Positions 24,513 through 35,302 are shown, counted from the first letter of the whole stretch. The stretch: 63,890 bases of DNA, filler included, from Perkinsus chesapeaki ATCC PRA-425 (GCA_013115145.1; 10 parts of 10 records of this genome joined end to end with filler, not necessarily neighbours in it), one strand, 5' to 3'. A program made the numbers and translations. The notes: generated by a model not told the origin, from the sequence alone.

Positions 24513-25549
24513 ATGACGTCAGAGGCAGTCCATGAGCAGCAGCCTGAGGTAGACAAGGCGACTGAGGCTGCGACTTGGACAAATAAGTTCGGTGACGATT
24601 ATGCGGCAAACTCTGCGGTGTTCGCCAAAGGTATCTTGTTTAAAGCTGCTTGCTTGTCTTTATTTTTGTATCAGATGCCGATGTCGAACATATTGATATG
24701 TTGGGGGTTCCAACAAGAGATGTTATTATGCCAGCTATCGAGGAGGCATTGAAGGATTTGGGAGGAAAGGCTCTTAGTGAGGCGAAGGTAAGCGGCTGGC
24801 TTGTGTGAGCATTTTTGTGTCAATGTGTCTCCAGATACTCGAGATCGGTTGTGGAACTGGAAGCATCTTGGATGTGCTGCGAGTCGAAGGGGCGAACCCA
24901 GATAACTTGTATGGCGTAGATCTCAATGGGAAGAGTGTTGCTATTGCCAACGCTAATCATCCATTCCATGTAAGGAGATTTTGCGGTGTGTATGTTAGTA
25001 ACATTTGGTGATGAGATCCTGAGGAAACAACGTCAGACAGTTTCAGTGGAATGTGAATTTCGGCATCTCCCAATTTGAGAATTCTGAAACGTTTATTGGT
25101 GAGGGACGTTCCCTGGCAGAAGGAATACAATTCCCGCGCTGGCTCCAGCGATCGCTTTCGAAAGACGTTGTCCCCATGGTGTCGTCTTTCAGGTTCAGCA
25201 AGTGATGGATTACAGCTACAGTCTCCCCGGCAATCCTGACATCGACATCGTTTTCTGCAAGCAGTGCTTGAATCATGTGCCACCTTCCGAGTATGACAGT
25301 TTCTTCGCAAAGATACGTGATCTCCAGCCGAAGTACTTCATGTTCAACGAGGGCATAAACTCGAATGGTTACCAAGCAAACCACTGGGCTGGGTGGACCT
25401 TCCACACAAATGACTTCTTGAAGCTCTGCACTGAGAAGTTTGGCTCTCCGATATACGTTAAGAATTTCATCGCCAAAGAGCCAGAGATGTTTGCGCCTCT
25501 AACTCATGATACAACAGCTGTGTTTCGACTTTTCAAGAAACTTATATAA
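24513..25549 (+). CDS. Class I SAM-dependent methyltransferase, paralog 2 (4 exons)
   Basis: Exons 24513-24630, 24675-24787, 24835-24969 and 25193-25549; same intron positions as paralog 1; WTNKFGDDYA and LEIGCGTG. Confidence 0.85.
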
Positions 25550-27755
25550 CTGTTTACTTGTGCGATTTTCCTGTCCTAACTACATTTCCGTTTAACTGAG
25601 AAAGTGTTTTCCTTTTATAATTGTGGATCTTGCGTTTAGATGATTCTTCTCTTCGGTGGTCCAATAACGAAAAGTCGTCGTAGCTGTTCACTGAGTTCAT
25701 TTACGTTTTTATTTTTCAATTTACTGAGTTCATATCGGACTCTGACTCGCACTGAAACATCAGATGTTCCCAGGAAGAGCGTGTTCGATATTTCTTTCTT
25801 GGCATCCGAATTTCTGGCAGAATTTTCCTACATAATGGGAGCACTATTCGATTTTTGAGAAACTTGTTTCTGTGAGGCTTTAATCCAGTCGCACGGAAAT
25901 CTGTTACTATCTATCCGCTAGATGCTTTCCTGCTCTATATGCTCTGAATTTGAGTGCAGTTAATTTTCGATTCGTTCTACCCATGAACAGCATCTACTTT
26001 TCGCTTAACACGTTCGACCTGCTCGGCTGGCCGCCCTACTCTGTACGAGTGGTTCGTTCCCTATCATTTCTGCTACTGCTAAGTATTTGGTAGCTTTTCC
26101 TATCGGCTACCATAACATATAGCTTCGTAGCTATGCAACCATTACATGATAATAAAAGATTAGTTTGATACCAGTGGCTCGCTGTGCTGACTTCCACAGA
26201 CTGAGCCTCGAGGGTAATCCGCTTAACAATAAGAATCTTCTGTATAAATCGCGAGTTGCGCTAGTGCCTGCCGGTTGTGCGTTTCTATAATTTATCTTTT
26301 GACTTTAGCTTCCATCTAGTCTTCTCGTCACACGATATGGATATTACCGCTTTCGGATCAAACGACTCCCAGAGACGGCGATTAATCTGCTAACTCTTTG
26401 TTCAACACTACCAAGAAAAGCAAGAAGGGTGCCAACAAGGGCCCGGTCTCGCACAGCATACTCCCGCACAGTGAACATGCACGCATGTACAGCAGGGTGC
26501 GTGGTCTACCCTGGCGTCGTAACGATTCATTGCGAATAACTTCTGTGATTCGAGACATACCAATCGGAAACGCTCGTTCAGAGATAATGAATTTCTTGAG
26601 AGACCTTCTGCTTATTTTACGCATGCATAGAAGGAGGGCTCTGCCCTCGGCACGCACAATCACTGTGCCACAATCCTCCATTTTACAGGCGGCGAAGGAC
26701 AGTGGATAACCGATACGTAACTGCTGAACTATCCGCTAGGGAGATGCCTACATTCACCATTGATTTATATATCCCCGATCGCACCGGGCTTTGCTGTCGT
26801 AAAAGTGAAGAACTCGGTGATCCGTTAAGTTGGTTTGCCAAGAACAACTTCTCTCGGTCACCGTCGAACTCTCCTGAGCGTACTTAGTTCCGAACTTGCA
26901 AGCAGCTCTGAGGTGGATATTTTTTAGTCTGGGAAGTCGGTCTGATGCATAGAAGAGGAGCTCGCTATCTGGCATTCTGTCAGTAACTGGCGGCGCCCGA
27001 GCCTCGCCACTCAGCCAGCGGTCACGGCATTGTGCATGCGTGCACTGAAGGTGCACGCATGCGTTAAGATGACGGAGTGAAGTATTAAGATGTTTAGCAT
27101 TACAGAACAAGTGTCGTACGATTCGCTCCTCATAACTGTTGTCCTCTCCCTTCATTTAGCACCTGTTGAGGAAGCTCGCTTGGTGGTGGTTAATGCGAAA
27201 TTTTCATTGCGAATCTCCATTCGCTGAACCTGGCCGCTTACGTGGGACTTCAGGTGTATTCGTTACGTGACGGTTGCTCGAGCGCTTCCAGGAAGTATTT
27301 CGATAGCCGATGCCTCCTATCCATTTTCTATATCTGTCCATCTCCTGCTGGTTCATATGTATGTTTAATGGTTGCAGCAAGCAGTCTCCCAATAATGAGG
27401 GGAATGCGGTAACAAATATAACAGCCACCGGGTGAGGCCGCTAGATAATACTGTAGAGTGAATAGGTCTCGCTGGCTACGTTCAACGCAGTACGGTACAC
27501 ACTGCTCTACATTGGATCTCCGTTCGCCACCTTAATCTGCTTATTATAGTTCATAGTGCAATTTAAGTATGTATTACTGCTACATACTGCATGACTACTT
27601 CAGTAGCAGCCGTATGAATATCGGCGTCTCACGTGCGGCCGCTAAACACGTTTGACTCAAACGATTTGTATAGTTCTGTGAAGGTTACAAACTTCAAAGC
27701 AATCAAAGGAAAGTGGGAAGGGGAAATAAAGTGGCGCAACTCGTTATGGCAGTAG

Positions 27756-28569
27756 AATCCTCGCTTCAGGGTGACTACCACTCCAAGCGGTAAAAAATGG
27801 GCATCTGTGGATGTCGAGGTCACCAATGGCGCTGCACAAAATGCAAAAATCAAGCTAAAGACAGGTAGGCATTGGTTTGCTGAATACTTTTGCATAAACT
27901 TCGCCTGAAGCGAATCTCTTTATCAGATTCAATGAGCATCTGGCCAATCATAGGCTATGGAGGATCCGTGCCCGAGATGACTGGTGCCGATTTCAAGAAG
28001 CTCGACGATGCAAAAAGAAAGGAGTTCATCGATGCGTAGATACAGTCCAGGAAAGTCATCCGTTGGAATTATTATCAATCAGATATTTCACATCGAGTGG
28101 GCTAGATTACAATATGTTACGAGTTGCGGTACATGCGACTGTTGATGGTTACGTATTTGATAATGTATCAGACGACTTCGATCTCAAACACTTTGACTAT
28201 AACTTGACAGGAGACAGAGAAAATGGTAAAATTGATTTTATACAGAGTGTATTGCAGACTAAAAAGGAAACCAAAGTCTTTGGTATGTGGGAACTGCTTA
28301 CATGATGTTTGCTTTTGCAGTGAATAGTATTATCAGGGAGTGCGTGGTCCCCTCCATCTTGGATGAAGCTCGGTAATCACAGTATGAATGGTAGTCCGAA
28401 TCCATGTCTCAAGAAAGATGGAAGATATCACAAAGCTTGGGCTGATTATTTGGTAAAATGGGTAAGTCAATCGGTATGCTAGGAGTTGCCTCAAATTTCG
28501 CTATCAGATTGATGCCTATGAGAAGCTTGGAGTTCCAATATGGGCTATAACACAGCAGAACGAGCCACA
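27756..28569 (+). CDS. GH30 glucosylceramidase-like glycoside hydrolase, partial (3' end cut by the contig end)
   Basis: Exons encode IIGYGGS, YFTSSGLDYNMLRV, SAWSPPSWMK, YHKAWADYLVKW and IWAITQQNEP (acid/base NEP motif). Confidence 0.88.
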
Positions 28570-28799
28570 GTAAGGTGAATCCATCCAAAACTTTACCAGA
28601 AACTTTGCATTACATCTTTGTAGGAANNNNNNNNNNNNNNNNNNNNNNNNNNNNNNNNNNNNNNNNNNNNTTAATTAATTAANNNNNNNNNNNNNNNNNN
28701 NNNNNNNNNNNNNNNNNNNNNNNNNNGTGGTGCTGGTTATAGGGAAACAGTTGTTTCCCGACGGTTTACTACAGTGTTCCTTGACTTCTGCGGTCCTAA

Positions 28800-29019
28800 T
28801 GTTGTCGGGCGTACCCCAAAATCACGCCCAAACTTTGTGTGATGGCGCCCGCTCCACCCCGTGTGGCATGGAGCCGCTCCATACGGTTTGTGTGCGACGC
28901 TAGCTGATGCATCTGTTCGGTCTGTTGCTGTGCTCGTTTTTTATTCATTTATTCTCTCCACACATTATGTCAACTGTTGAGTCAGAAAGTAGGGGTGCCC
29001 TAGAGTCCGACTCGGAACA
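28800..29019 (+). repeat. 5' LTR (220 bp)
   Basis: TGTTGTCGGG...CTCGGAACA; preceded by CTAA. Confidence 0.95.
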
Positions 29020-32000
29020 TGGTGCATCATCCGAGAACTCTGTGGACACAGAGACCCCTCTTTCTGCAACCTTCTCCTCTGACCTCTTGAAGAGCGCCCT
29101 AAAGAGGGCCGCTCGCAAGACTTATTCTGTATCCTGGGACGAGACTCTGTCATCGGCCCCGAAGCACTCGTGCCTTCAACTTGCCGAGGCGCTCTTGGGC
29201 TGTAGGAGTAAATCCCCTTGCTGGACGTACCTCAACTTTGTTAACACTGAAGGGCGCCCTTTAGGCACGGGAGTATTGGCTGTCTGTAAAGCCTGGGGTA
29301 TTAAAGCCCATCCTGATGCTCCTAAAGAGATGGGTTTCCATATCGACCGGATGGAAAAACCCAAATCCTGGTCCTGGTCTGTTTTCAAGCGTAAGGTCGA
29401 GATCTGTGTCCAGGCTTCGGAAGGCTCAACTTCTCCTTTGCGCATTCTTCTTTACTCGTGTACTCTGCCAAGATTCGTGGTAGCCCAACTGAAGGAGATG
29501 CTGGTGAAAGAAGTTAGAACCGACGATGACCCTGCCAAGGTAAACACTGATTCGCCTCTGCTCAATTGGCAGAAAGTTGAAGACCCAGATGACACTGAGT
29601 ACGTTGGTGACGATTATCTACAGCGTGTCCAGGAACTTTACACCGGTTGGATATCTTGTTGTGACCGAATTGCCCAGAAAGTAGAGAATCTGATGCTCGA
29701 AGATGACTCTCGAAAGGAAGATTCTAACCCGGTTCTATTGATGCGTCGGTGGTGTAATCTGGCTTCTCGAGGCGGGAAGATGGAACTTGGTAAGATCATC
29801 GACGAGGAGACCTTTCTACATGGCAGACTATCTACAGTCTGTACCGGTCATGTAACTATCTCGTGGAAGGCCCGAATCGAGCTGTACAAGCTTGCCCTTC
29901 AAAGTTTCCCGCGTTTTCGCGAGAAAGACACCGGTTTCTCTGTTTTCGTCGGAAGCCTTGCTGATGAATCAGCCAACATCAATGACACTCAAGATCTTGC
30001 ACGAGCTGTTCAGCGTCTTGCTGATTCGAGCGGCTGCTCGACGGTGGATGAGTATCTGGGTTTGGACCAAGACGGCTCATCAACCGGAAAAAGATCTCAC
30101 TCTACTTCTTCTGATATCCCCCATAGAACTCATCATAATGAGTCTAAACGTCCCCGGACTGGAGAAGGGAAAAACCGAGCTCCATCCAGGGAATTAGCCA
30201 GCGTCAAGCTAGGCCTCCCTGCTGATCTGATCAAAACTCGGTTTGATGCCGGGCTTTGTCTTCGTTGTGGACACACCGGTCATAAGGTTCGTGACTGTCC
30301 CAATGCTGTGTCTGGCTCGCCTGGGGCCTCCGTTAGTTCTGCTTCCGAGTACCCTAAACGGGACGTTGCGTTACTGAGTTTGGACTCTCGTACGGGAAAG
30401 GTTTCGCCCCAAACGTTGTTAACCGTGCCTGTGAGGTTGATCAATCCCCACTCGGTTAAGGGGGACAGCGTTCCTGCCCTAGCTGGGCTCGATACTATGT
30501 CCTCGGTGAACCTGGTAGAGAGCAGCCTTGTGCGTAAGCTACAATGTGATCTCAGTGATTGTCCTTCTCATATAAGGACGGTAAACGGCTCAGTGACTGC
30601 TGAAGCCAGCACGTTCATTACCGTCTGTCTGTCAGGGTATATAGCAGAACTCCCTTTCGTTGTGGTTAGTGGTCTACCCAGGGTAGATCTCCTCGTGGGC
30701 CATTCCTGGTTGCCCCAGTTGGGTGTCACCTTCTCGATACCAAAGCCTCATTCGGAGGAAGGGGAGCTTAGGGTCCGCGATCTGTATTCACCTGTTACTG
30801 ATCAGATTCGCGCAGCGGAAGAGTCCTTGGTCGGGAGACTGGGCGATATACACGCTCTTCCAGGTGCTCCTCACTATTTCGGGCGACTGAGGAGAGCACG
30901 CACGATTGCCAATGGGGAGGAGCGCGCTGATCGTCTTGATGATCCGCGACAGTCGATGGTATATGAGGTCTGGTGTGACACCTCTTCTGTCGCTAACCAT
31001 CGACAAAAGCCGAAGAGTGGTCATAATGTCCCTTTTCCACCTGCCGACTTCAGCAAACCTTTGATTGGTAAACTTTCGGTCGGGCAACAGGCTCAATTTC
31101 GTGCCGAACTTCAGACCTTCATTGATAAAGGATGGTGGGCCGAGGTTCCTCCCTCTGTTGCTCCCGAACTTTTGCGAGAGCGATATGATCAGACTCAATC
31201 TCCCTTTCGGTATCCAGCTGTGTCCTTTCCTATCATTCAAAAGGCTCATAAAAGCACTCGGTGCCGTTTAGTAACTGACTGTCGCCAATGTAACCAGTTC
31301 CTGGCCCCCGCCTCGTATGAAGGATTCAGCGTTACTGACTGCATTTCGCTGATACGGGCCAATTGGCGAGATTGCTATGCTCTCGGCTTCCTGGACTTGT
31401 CGAAAGCCTTCTACAAAGTCCACCTCGGTGATGACGGGAGGTTGTTGATATTGGCTGACGGCCGCACTTTTGAGTGCAGCCGGCTAGCCTTTGGCCTCGT
31501 TCATGGCCCCGCCAGTCTATCGGGACAGGTCTTGGTGCTATTGAATGCCAGTTTCTCCGGGCTGATGGGACGCCCTATTAATTGTACGAGCACCAGAGCC
31601 TTCGTAGGATTACTCCCTGGTTTGTTTGTCATTCCGTACTATGATGACATCATCATATTCGGTCTTCCACATATGTGTCAGCGAATGGCACATATACTGA
31701 CATCCATCGCGCCATTGATCGGTGCCTGTTTTCCGGAAGATAAGACCGATTGGGTCGATTCGAATAAGGGAGTTTTCCGACACCTGGGTTGCCTCTGGTC
31801 GAGAGGAACCCTGGGAGAACTTTACATACAGTGTCCTCCGGCGGAGGAGGATAGCCTAACCCTCGACTCTCCCTTCTCGCGCCGTCGTATTTTCCAGATC
31901 GCTGGGGCTAGATATGACGGCATCCGCCTACACCCAGTTGCACGACTTGTAGCCGACAAGCTAAGGCGCTGGGCGGGGACAAGTCCTTATGGGAATTCAA

Positions 32001-34714
32001 GAAAAGGCTGGGACCATAAGTGGACTCTCCCAGACCGCAGTCTTGACTCTCTTCGATCTCTGATCGCACAGGGTGAATCGGATAATTTCGGTCACTGCCA
32101 GCACACCGGCGTCCCTCCTCACCACCGCCACATCTTCGGTTTCTGTGATGCTAGCGATGAAGGATGGGGTTTTCTGGCTTATACTGGGGTTCTTGTTCCG
32201 CGTACTTTCCCTCCCGACTTGTCCGAATCCAACCCGGCATTCCATCTGTTAGAGGCATGCGCTGGGGAGTGGAGCCCTTCTAACGGTTCGTCCAAGTGGC
32301 ATATCAATAGGAAAGAAGCGCATGCCCTTTTCCGATGCCTTGAATGCATCTACGAATGGCTCAACCGTTTCCTAGATGCGACCTCCCGGTTTGACTCGAT
32401 TACGGTTTTTTGTGACAATACGTCGGCTCTTTCTTGGGCTCTCAAGACTGGACCGGCTGCACGGACCTATGATCGAGTAGCGCTAGAGAGGCTCACCGGA
32501 AGCCTTGCTGAGCTTCGCGAGGCAATATCCCAAAAATTCGGGGTTGTAGTGGAGTTACGACACATTTCCGGTCTTCATAACTATCTCGCTGACCAGTTGT
32601 CGCGCCATCCCTCGCTGGGTATACCACTACCATCTCTGGGTTCTGACGATGGCTGCGAGGCCCAGTCGGCAAACGAGGCCCTTGGTTCACATACTTCGGC
32701 AGAGGAACGGCCTGCTGCCTTCACCTTCTTGGTCGTCACTGATACTGAGGAGGCCGCTACTGTTTTTGATCGCGGTTCCTCACACAAGTACGCTTTGGTC
32801 GAACCTCTAGATCTTTGTCTGTCATCTGAGGAGGTCCACAATGGGGTTACTCTCTTGATTTCATCACCATCTAGTGAAAATGGCGGTGAAGTTTCTCATA
32901 TTGAGGACTCCTTGAATCAACTTCGACCACATGACCCCGCTGAACTTCGGGGTATTGGTGATATGTCGGAAGAGGACATCCTTTCTCACGTTTCTGACGT
33001 TCTCAGAGACTCGATACGGGCCTCAGAGGCGAAAATAGCAAATGTGCCAGTTACTGAGATTCTTGCTAGTTTACGGGCACCTCACACTCAAGTCGCCCAT
33101 AGTGGTTTCCCGGAGCCATCGGAGGCCTCCGAAAACCTGGTGCAAGGGTCTGGACATGGACCCTATCTGCGCTGGGACTCGGAGAATGGTGTTTTACTTG
33201 TGTCTGACCCCATGGAAAAAGCACCGCGCTGGCGGATTTTTCTCCCTGACCGCAGAAGCCGAATGTGGGCTCTTTACCAGTCACATGAGCATCCCCTGCA
33301 GAGCGCTCATCAAGGCATTGACAAAGCTTTGCACTCTCTACGTCACCCGTCTGAGCGACCAGCTTATTGGTGGCCTTCCATGGTCAGGGACGTCACACAG
33401 TTTATCCGAAGTTGTAAGACGTGTCAGATGAGCCGTCATTACGACCTCCAGAACTCGCAGCCTCTCATCCGCCGACGCTGGCGAGGCCGTTTTGAGTGCG
33501 TCCAGCTCGATTTCATGCAACTGACTGATAAGCAGACCGCTCATCCTTCCCCATTGGGAAACTCCTTTTTCGGCGTAATAGTCGATGAAGGGACGACTGT
33601 CTTGCGAGTCACTCCGACCAGGTCGACGTCCGTGCAAGATGCTATTGGTACAATCTTGGATTGGGTGGCTACCTATGGCCCTCCTAGGGTTGTCCAATGC
33701 GATCGAGCCGCCAGCCACGCGTCGACTGAGTTTGAGCTCTTTCTTCGCTCTTGGGGCGTCTCATTGAAACTTGGGTTGCCTCGTCGCCCACAGTGCCAGG
33801 GCCTGGTAGAAAGGTTGATAGGAGAGATGAAAAAAGTCTGCCGACTATCACCGCAGCTCCCCCCATGGGCAGCCATCCATACGGCAGTTGCTGTTCATAA
33901 CAACTCCCTCATTTCTACTACCACTGTCTGTACTCCGAATGAGCTGGCTCTCGGCCTATCTTGCCCTTTGTCCCTCCCTCCACTTCCTGGAGGGCCATCA
34001 GGGCAAAAGGGGGGCGAGATAGCCCCTCACATTCACGACTACATCAACCTCGTGTACTCGGTCTTTACGCTTTCCCGCTCCGAGAGAGCTCTGAATGCGG
34101 AAATGGTTTCTGCGGCACGGCATCAACCGAAGTTCGCTTTCCGTTGCGGAGATACGGTGAGACTAAGCCGCTGGATCAACGGACGACGAGAGACGACTGG
34201 TCCTTATACTATCCTGAAGCAAGATGAGGGCAATTCACTACTGTATCACTTGGTTGGAAGGGACAGCCCTGCCCCTGTCAGTCAGTTGCTACCGTATATA
34301 GCCGATATCCACCGAGATGCCTTCGACTATGCCGTAAGACCTTCCCAAGATCGCCTAGCCGTTATCATCAAGGATAAACTGCCTGGAGGTGTCGATCCTG
34401 CCGACCTACAAGATGGTGTTCATTGGTTGTTATTTTCGGTAGATGACACTGAGAATGACGAGCTCGTCAAACGGATCTATGTGGCCAAGTTTCTTCATCA
34501 TAGCAATCGCCGAGGAGCCTTAGTGGTCCAAGGCCTTGATCGACAGGCCGACGGTTCATGGAAACTCCCTCCTCGTGATGAGCGGACCAGTACTCAGTCC
34601 ACTATCGCTGAGGAGTCCATTTTAGGAGGACGTGGCTTTCTCCCGTCGCGTGGAGGTTGGCGCATACCTCGTCCTGTGAAAGTTTGGTTCAATTCCTGTG
34701 GTGTTAATCTGTGA
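28907..34714 (+). CDS. Gag-Pol polyprotein (CCHC knuckle, protease, RT, RNase H, integrase, C-terminal extension); start at ATG 28907 or 28967
   Basis: CLRCGHTGHKVRDC; LDTMSSVNLV; LDLSKAFY..FGL..YYDD; FCDAS..E..DN..NYLADQLSR; H..H..C..C, VQLDF..QCD..GLVE; GPY motif. Confidence 0.93.
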   Translation: MHLFGLLLCSFFIHLFSPHIMSTVESESRGALESDSEHGASSENSVDTETPLSATFSSDLLKSALKRAARKTYSVSWDETLSSAPKHSCLQLAEALLGCRSKSPCWTYLNFVNTEGRPLGTGVLAVCKAWGIKAHPDAPKEMGFHIDRMEKPKSWSWSVFKRKVEICVQASEGSTSPLRILLYSCTLPRFVVAQLKEMLVKEVRTDDDPAKVNTDSPLLNWQKVEDPDDTEYVGDDYLQRVQELYTGWISCCDRIAQKVENLMLEDDSRKEDSNPVLLMRRWCNLASRGGKMELGKIIDEETFLHGRLSTVCTGHVTISWKARIELYKLALQSFPRFREKDTGFSVFVGSLADESANINDTQDLARAVQRLADSSGCSTVDEYLGLDQDGSSTGKRSHSTSSDIPHRTHHNESKRPRTGEGKNRAPSRELASVKLGLPADLIKTRFDAGLCLRCGHTGHKVRDCPNAVSGSPGASVSSASEYPKRDVALLSLDSRTGKVSPQTLLTVPVRLINPHSVKGDSVPALAGLDTMSSVNLVESSLVRKLQCDLSDCPSHIRTVNGSVTAEASTFITVCLSGYIAELPFVVVSGLPRVDLLVGHSWLPQLGVTFSIPKPHSEEGELRVRDLYSPVTDQIRAAEESLVGRLGDIHALPGAPHYFGRLRRARTIANGEERADRLDDPRQSMVYEVWCDTSSVANHRQKPKSGHNVPFPPADFSKPLIGKLSVGQQAQFRAELQTFIDKGWWAEVPPSVAPELLRERYDQTQSPFRYPAVSFPIIQKAHKSTRCRLVTDCRQCNQFLAPASYEGFSVTDCISLIRANWRDCYALGFLDLSKAFYKVHLGDDGRLLILADGRTFECSRLAFGLVHGPASLSGQVLVLLNASFSGLMGRPINCTSTRAFVGLLPGLFVIPYYDDIIIFGLPHMCQRMAHILTSIAPLIGACFPEDKTDWVDSNKGVFRHLGCLWSRGTLGELYIQCPPAEEDSLTLDSPFSRRRIFQIAGARYDGIRLHPVARLVADKLRRWAGTSPYGNSRKGWDHKWTLPDRSLDSLRSLIAQGESDNFGHCQHTGVPPHHRHIFGFCDASDEGWGFLAYTGVLVPRTFPPDLSESNPAFHLLEACAGEWSPSNGSSKWHINRKEAHALFRCLECIYEWLNRFLDATSRFDSITVFCDNTSALSWALKTGPAARTYDRVALERLTGSLAELREAISQKFGVVVELRHISGLHNYLADQLSRHPSLGIPLPSLGSDDGCEAQSANEALGSHTSAEERPAAFTFLVVTDTEEAATVFDRGSSHKYALVEPLDLCLSSEEVHNGVTLLISSPSSENGGEVSHIEDSLNQLRPHDPAELRGIGDMSEEDILSHVSDVLRDSIRASEAKIANVPVTEILASLRAPHTQVAHSGFPEPSEASENLVQGSGHGPYLRWDSENGVLLVSDPMEKAPRWRIFLPDRRSRMWALYQSHEHPLQSAHQGIDKALHSLRHPSERPAYWWPSMVRDVTQFIRSCKTCQMSRHYDLQNSQPLIRRRWRGRFECVQLDFMQLTDKQTAHPSPLGNSFFGVIVDEGTTVLRVTPTRSTSVQDAIGTILDWVATYGPPRVVQCDRAASHASTEFELFLRSWGVSLKLGLPRRPQCQGLVERLIGEMKKVCRLSPQLPPWAAIHTAVAVHNNSLISTTTVCTPNELALGLSCPLSLPPLPGGPSGQKGGEIAPHIHDYINLVYSVFTLSRSERALNAEMVSAARHQPKFAFRCGDTVRLSRWINGRRETTGPYTILKQDEGNSLLYHLVGRDSPAPVSQLLPYIADIHRDAFDYAVRPSQDRLAVIIKDKLPGGVDPADLQDGVHWLLFSVDDTENDELVKRIYVAKFLHHSNRRGALVVQGLDRQADGSWKLPPRDERTSTQSTIAEESILGGRGFLPSRGGWRIPRPVKVWFNSCGVNL
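29020..29037 (+). promoter_or_regulatory. Primer-binding site, probably tRNA-Gly type
   Basis: TGGTGCATCATCCGAGAA abuts the 5' LTR and is complementary to a tRNA ending ..TGATGCA-CCA (Gly-like, from recalled sequences). Confidence 0.7.
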
Positions 34715-34756
34715 GGCTAGTCAACTACTGTATTCGTTAGTTTAGGCGTGATTCGC

Positions 34757-34764
34757 TGGGGGGG
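34757..34764 (+). promoter_or_regulatory. Polypurine tract
   Basis: G-run just upstream of the 3' LTR, separated from it by CG. Confidence 0.65.
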
Positions 34765-34766
34765 CG

Positions 34767-34986
34767 TGTTGTCGGGCGTACCCCAAAATCACGCCCAAAC
34801 TTTGTGTGATGGCGCCCGCTCCACCCCGTGTGGCATGGAGCCGCTCCATACGGTTTGTGTGCGACGCTAGCTGATGCATCTGTTCGGTCTGTTGCTGTGC
34901 TCGTTTTTTATTCATTTATTCTCTCCACACATTATGTCAACTGTTGAGTCAGAAAGTAGGGGTGCCCTAGAGTCCGACTCGGAACA
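34767..34986 (+). repeat. 3' LTR (220 bp)
   Basis: Appears identical to the 5' LTR; followed by CTAA. Confidence 0.95.
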
Positions 34987-35302
34987 CTAACACAAATTGG
35001 TACTATTATGATCCAGCCACTAAATCGACAATTAATAACTGCTCAATATTGGTTATGGTNNNNNNNNNNNNNNNNNNNNNNNNNNNNNNNNNNNNNNNNN
35101 NNNTTAATTAATTAANNNNNNNNNNNNNNNNNNNNNNNNNNNNNNNNNNNNNNNNNNNNACTTGCGTACGAACGATGTACGGCAAGGAAAAATGCGTTTT
35201 AACGCGGGTAAAAACTCAACGTTGACGGACAAAATGTCTCCTCGCCCGACCCAACTTGCTGGCCATCCAACCCAAACAGCTTCAACTCTCCCGTTACAGC
35301 CC

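Larger units (their letters stand above)
28800..34986 (+). mobile_element. Full-length LTR retrotransposon with Ty3/gypsy-like domain order
   Basis: 220-bp TG..CA LTRs that appear identical, 4-bp CTAA target-site duplication, PBS, PPT and one uninterrupted polyprotein ORF. Confidence 0.96.

Noticed and set aside
26382-27428. Overlapping ORFs on both strands between the methylases and GH30
   Set aside because: Probably exons of a gene, but strand and frame could not be determined and no family was recognised.
29176-34227. Short overlapping and antisense ORFs within the LTR element and other long CDSs
   Set aside because: Expected shadow ORFs with no motifs.
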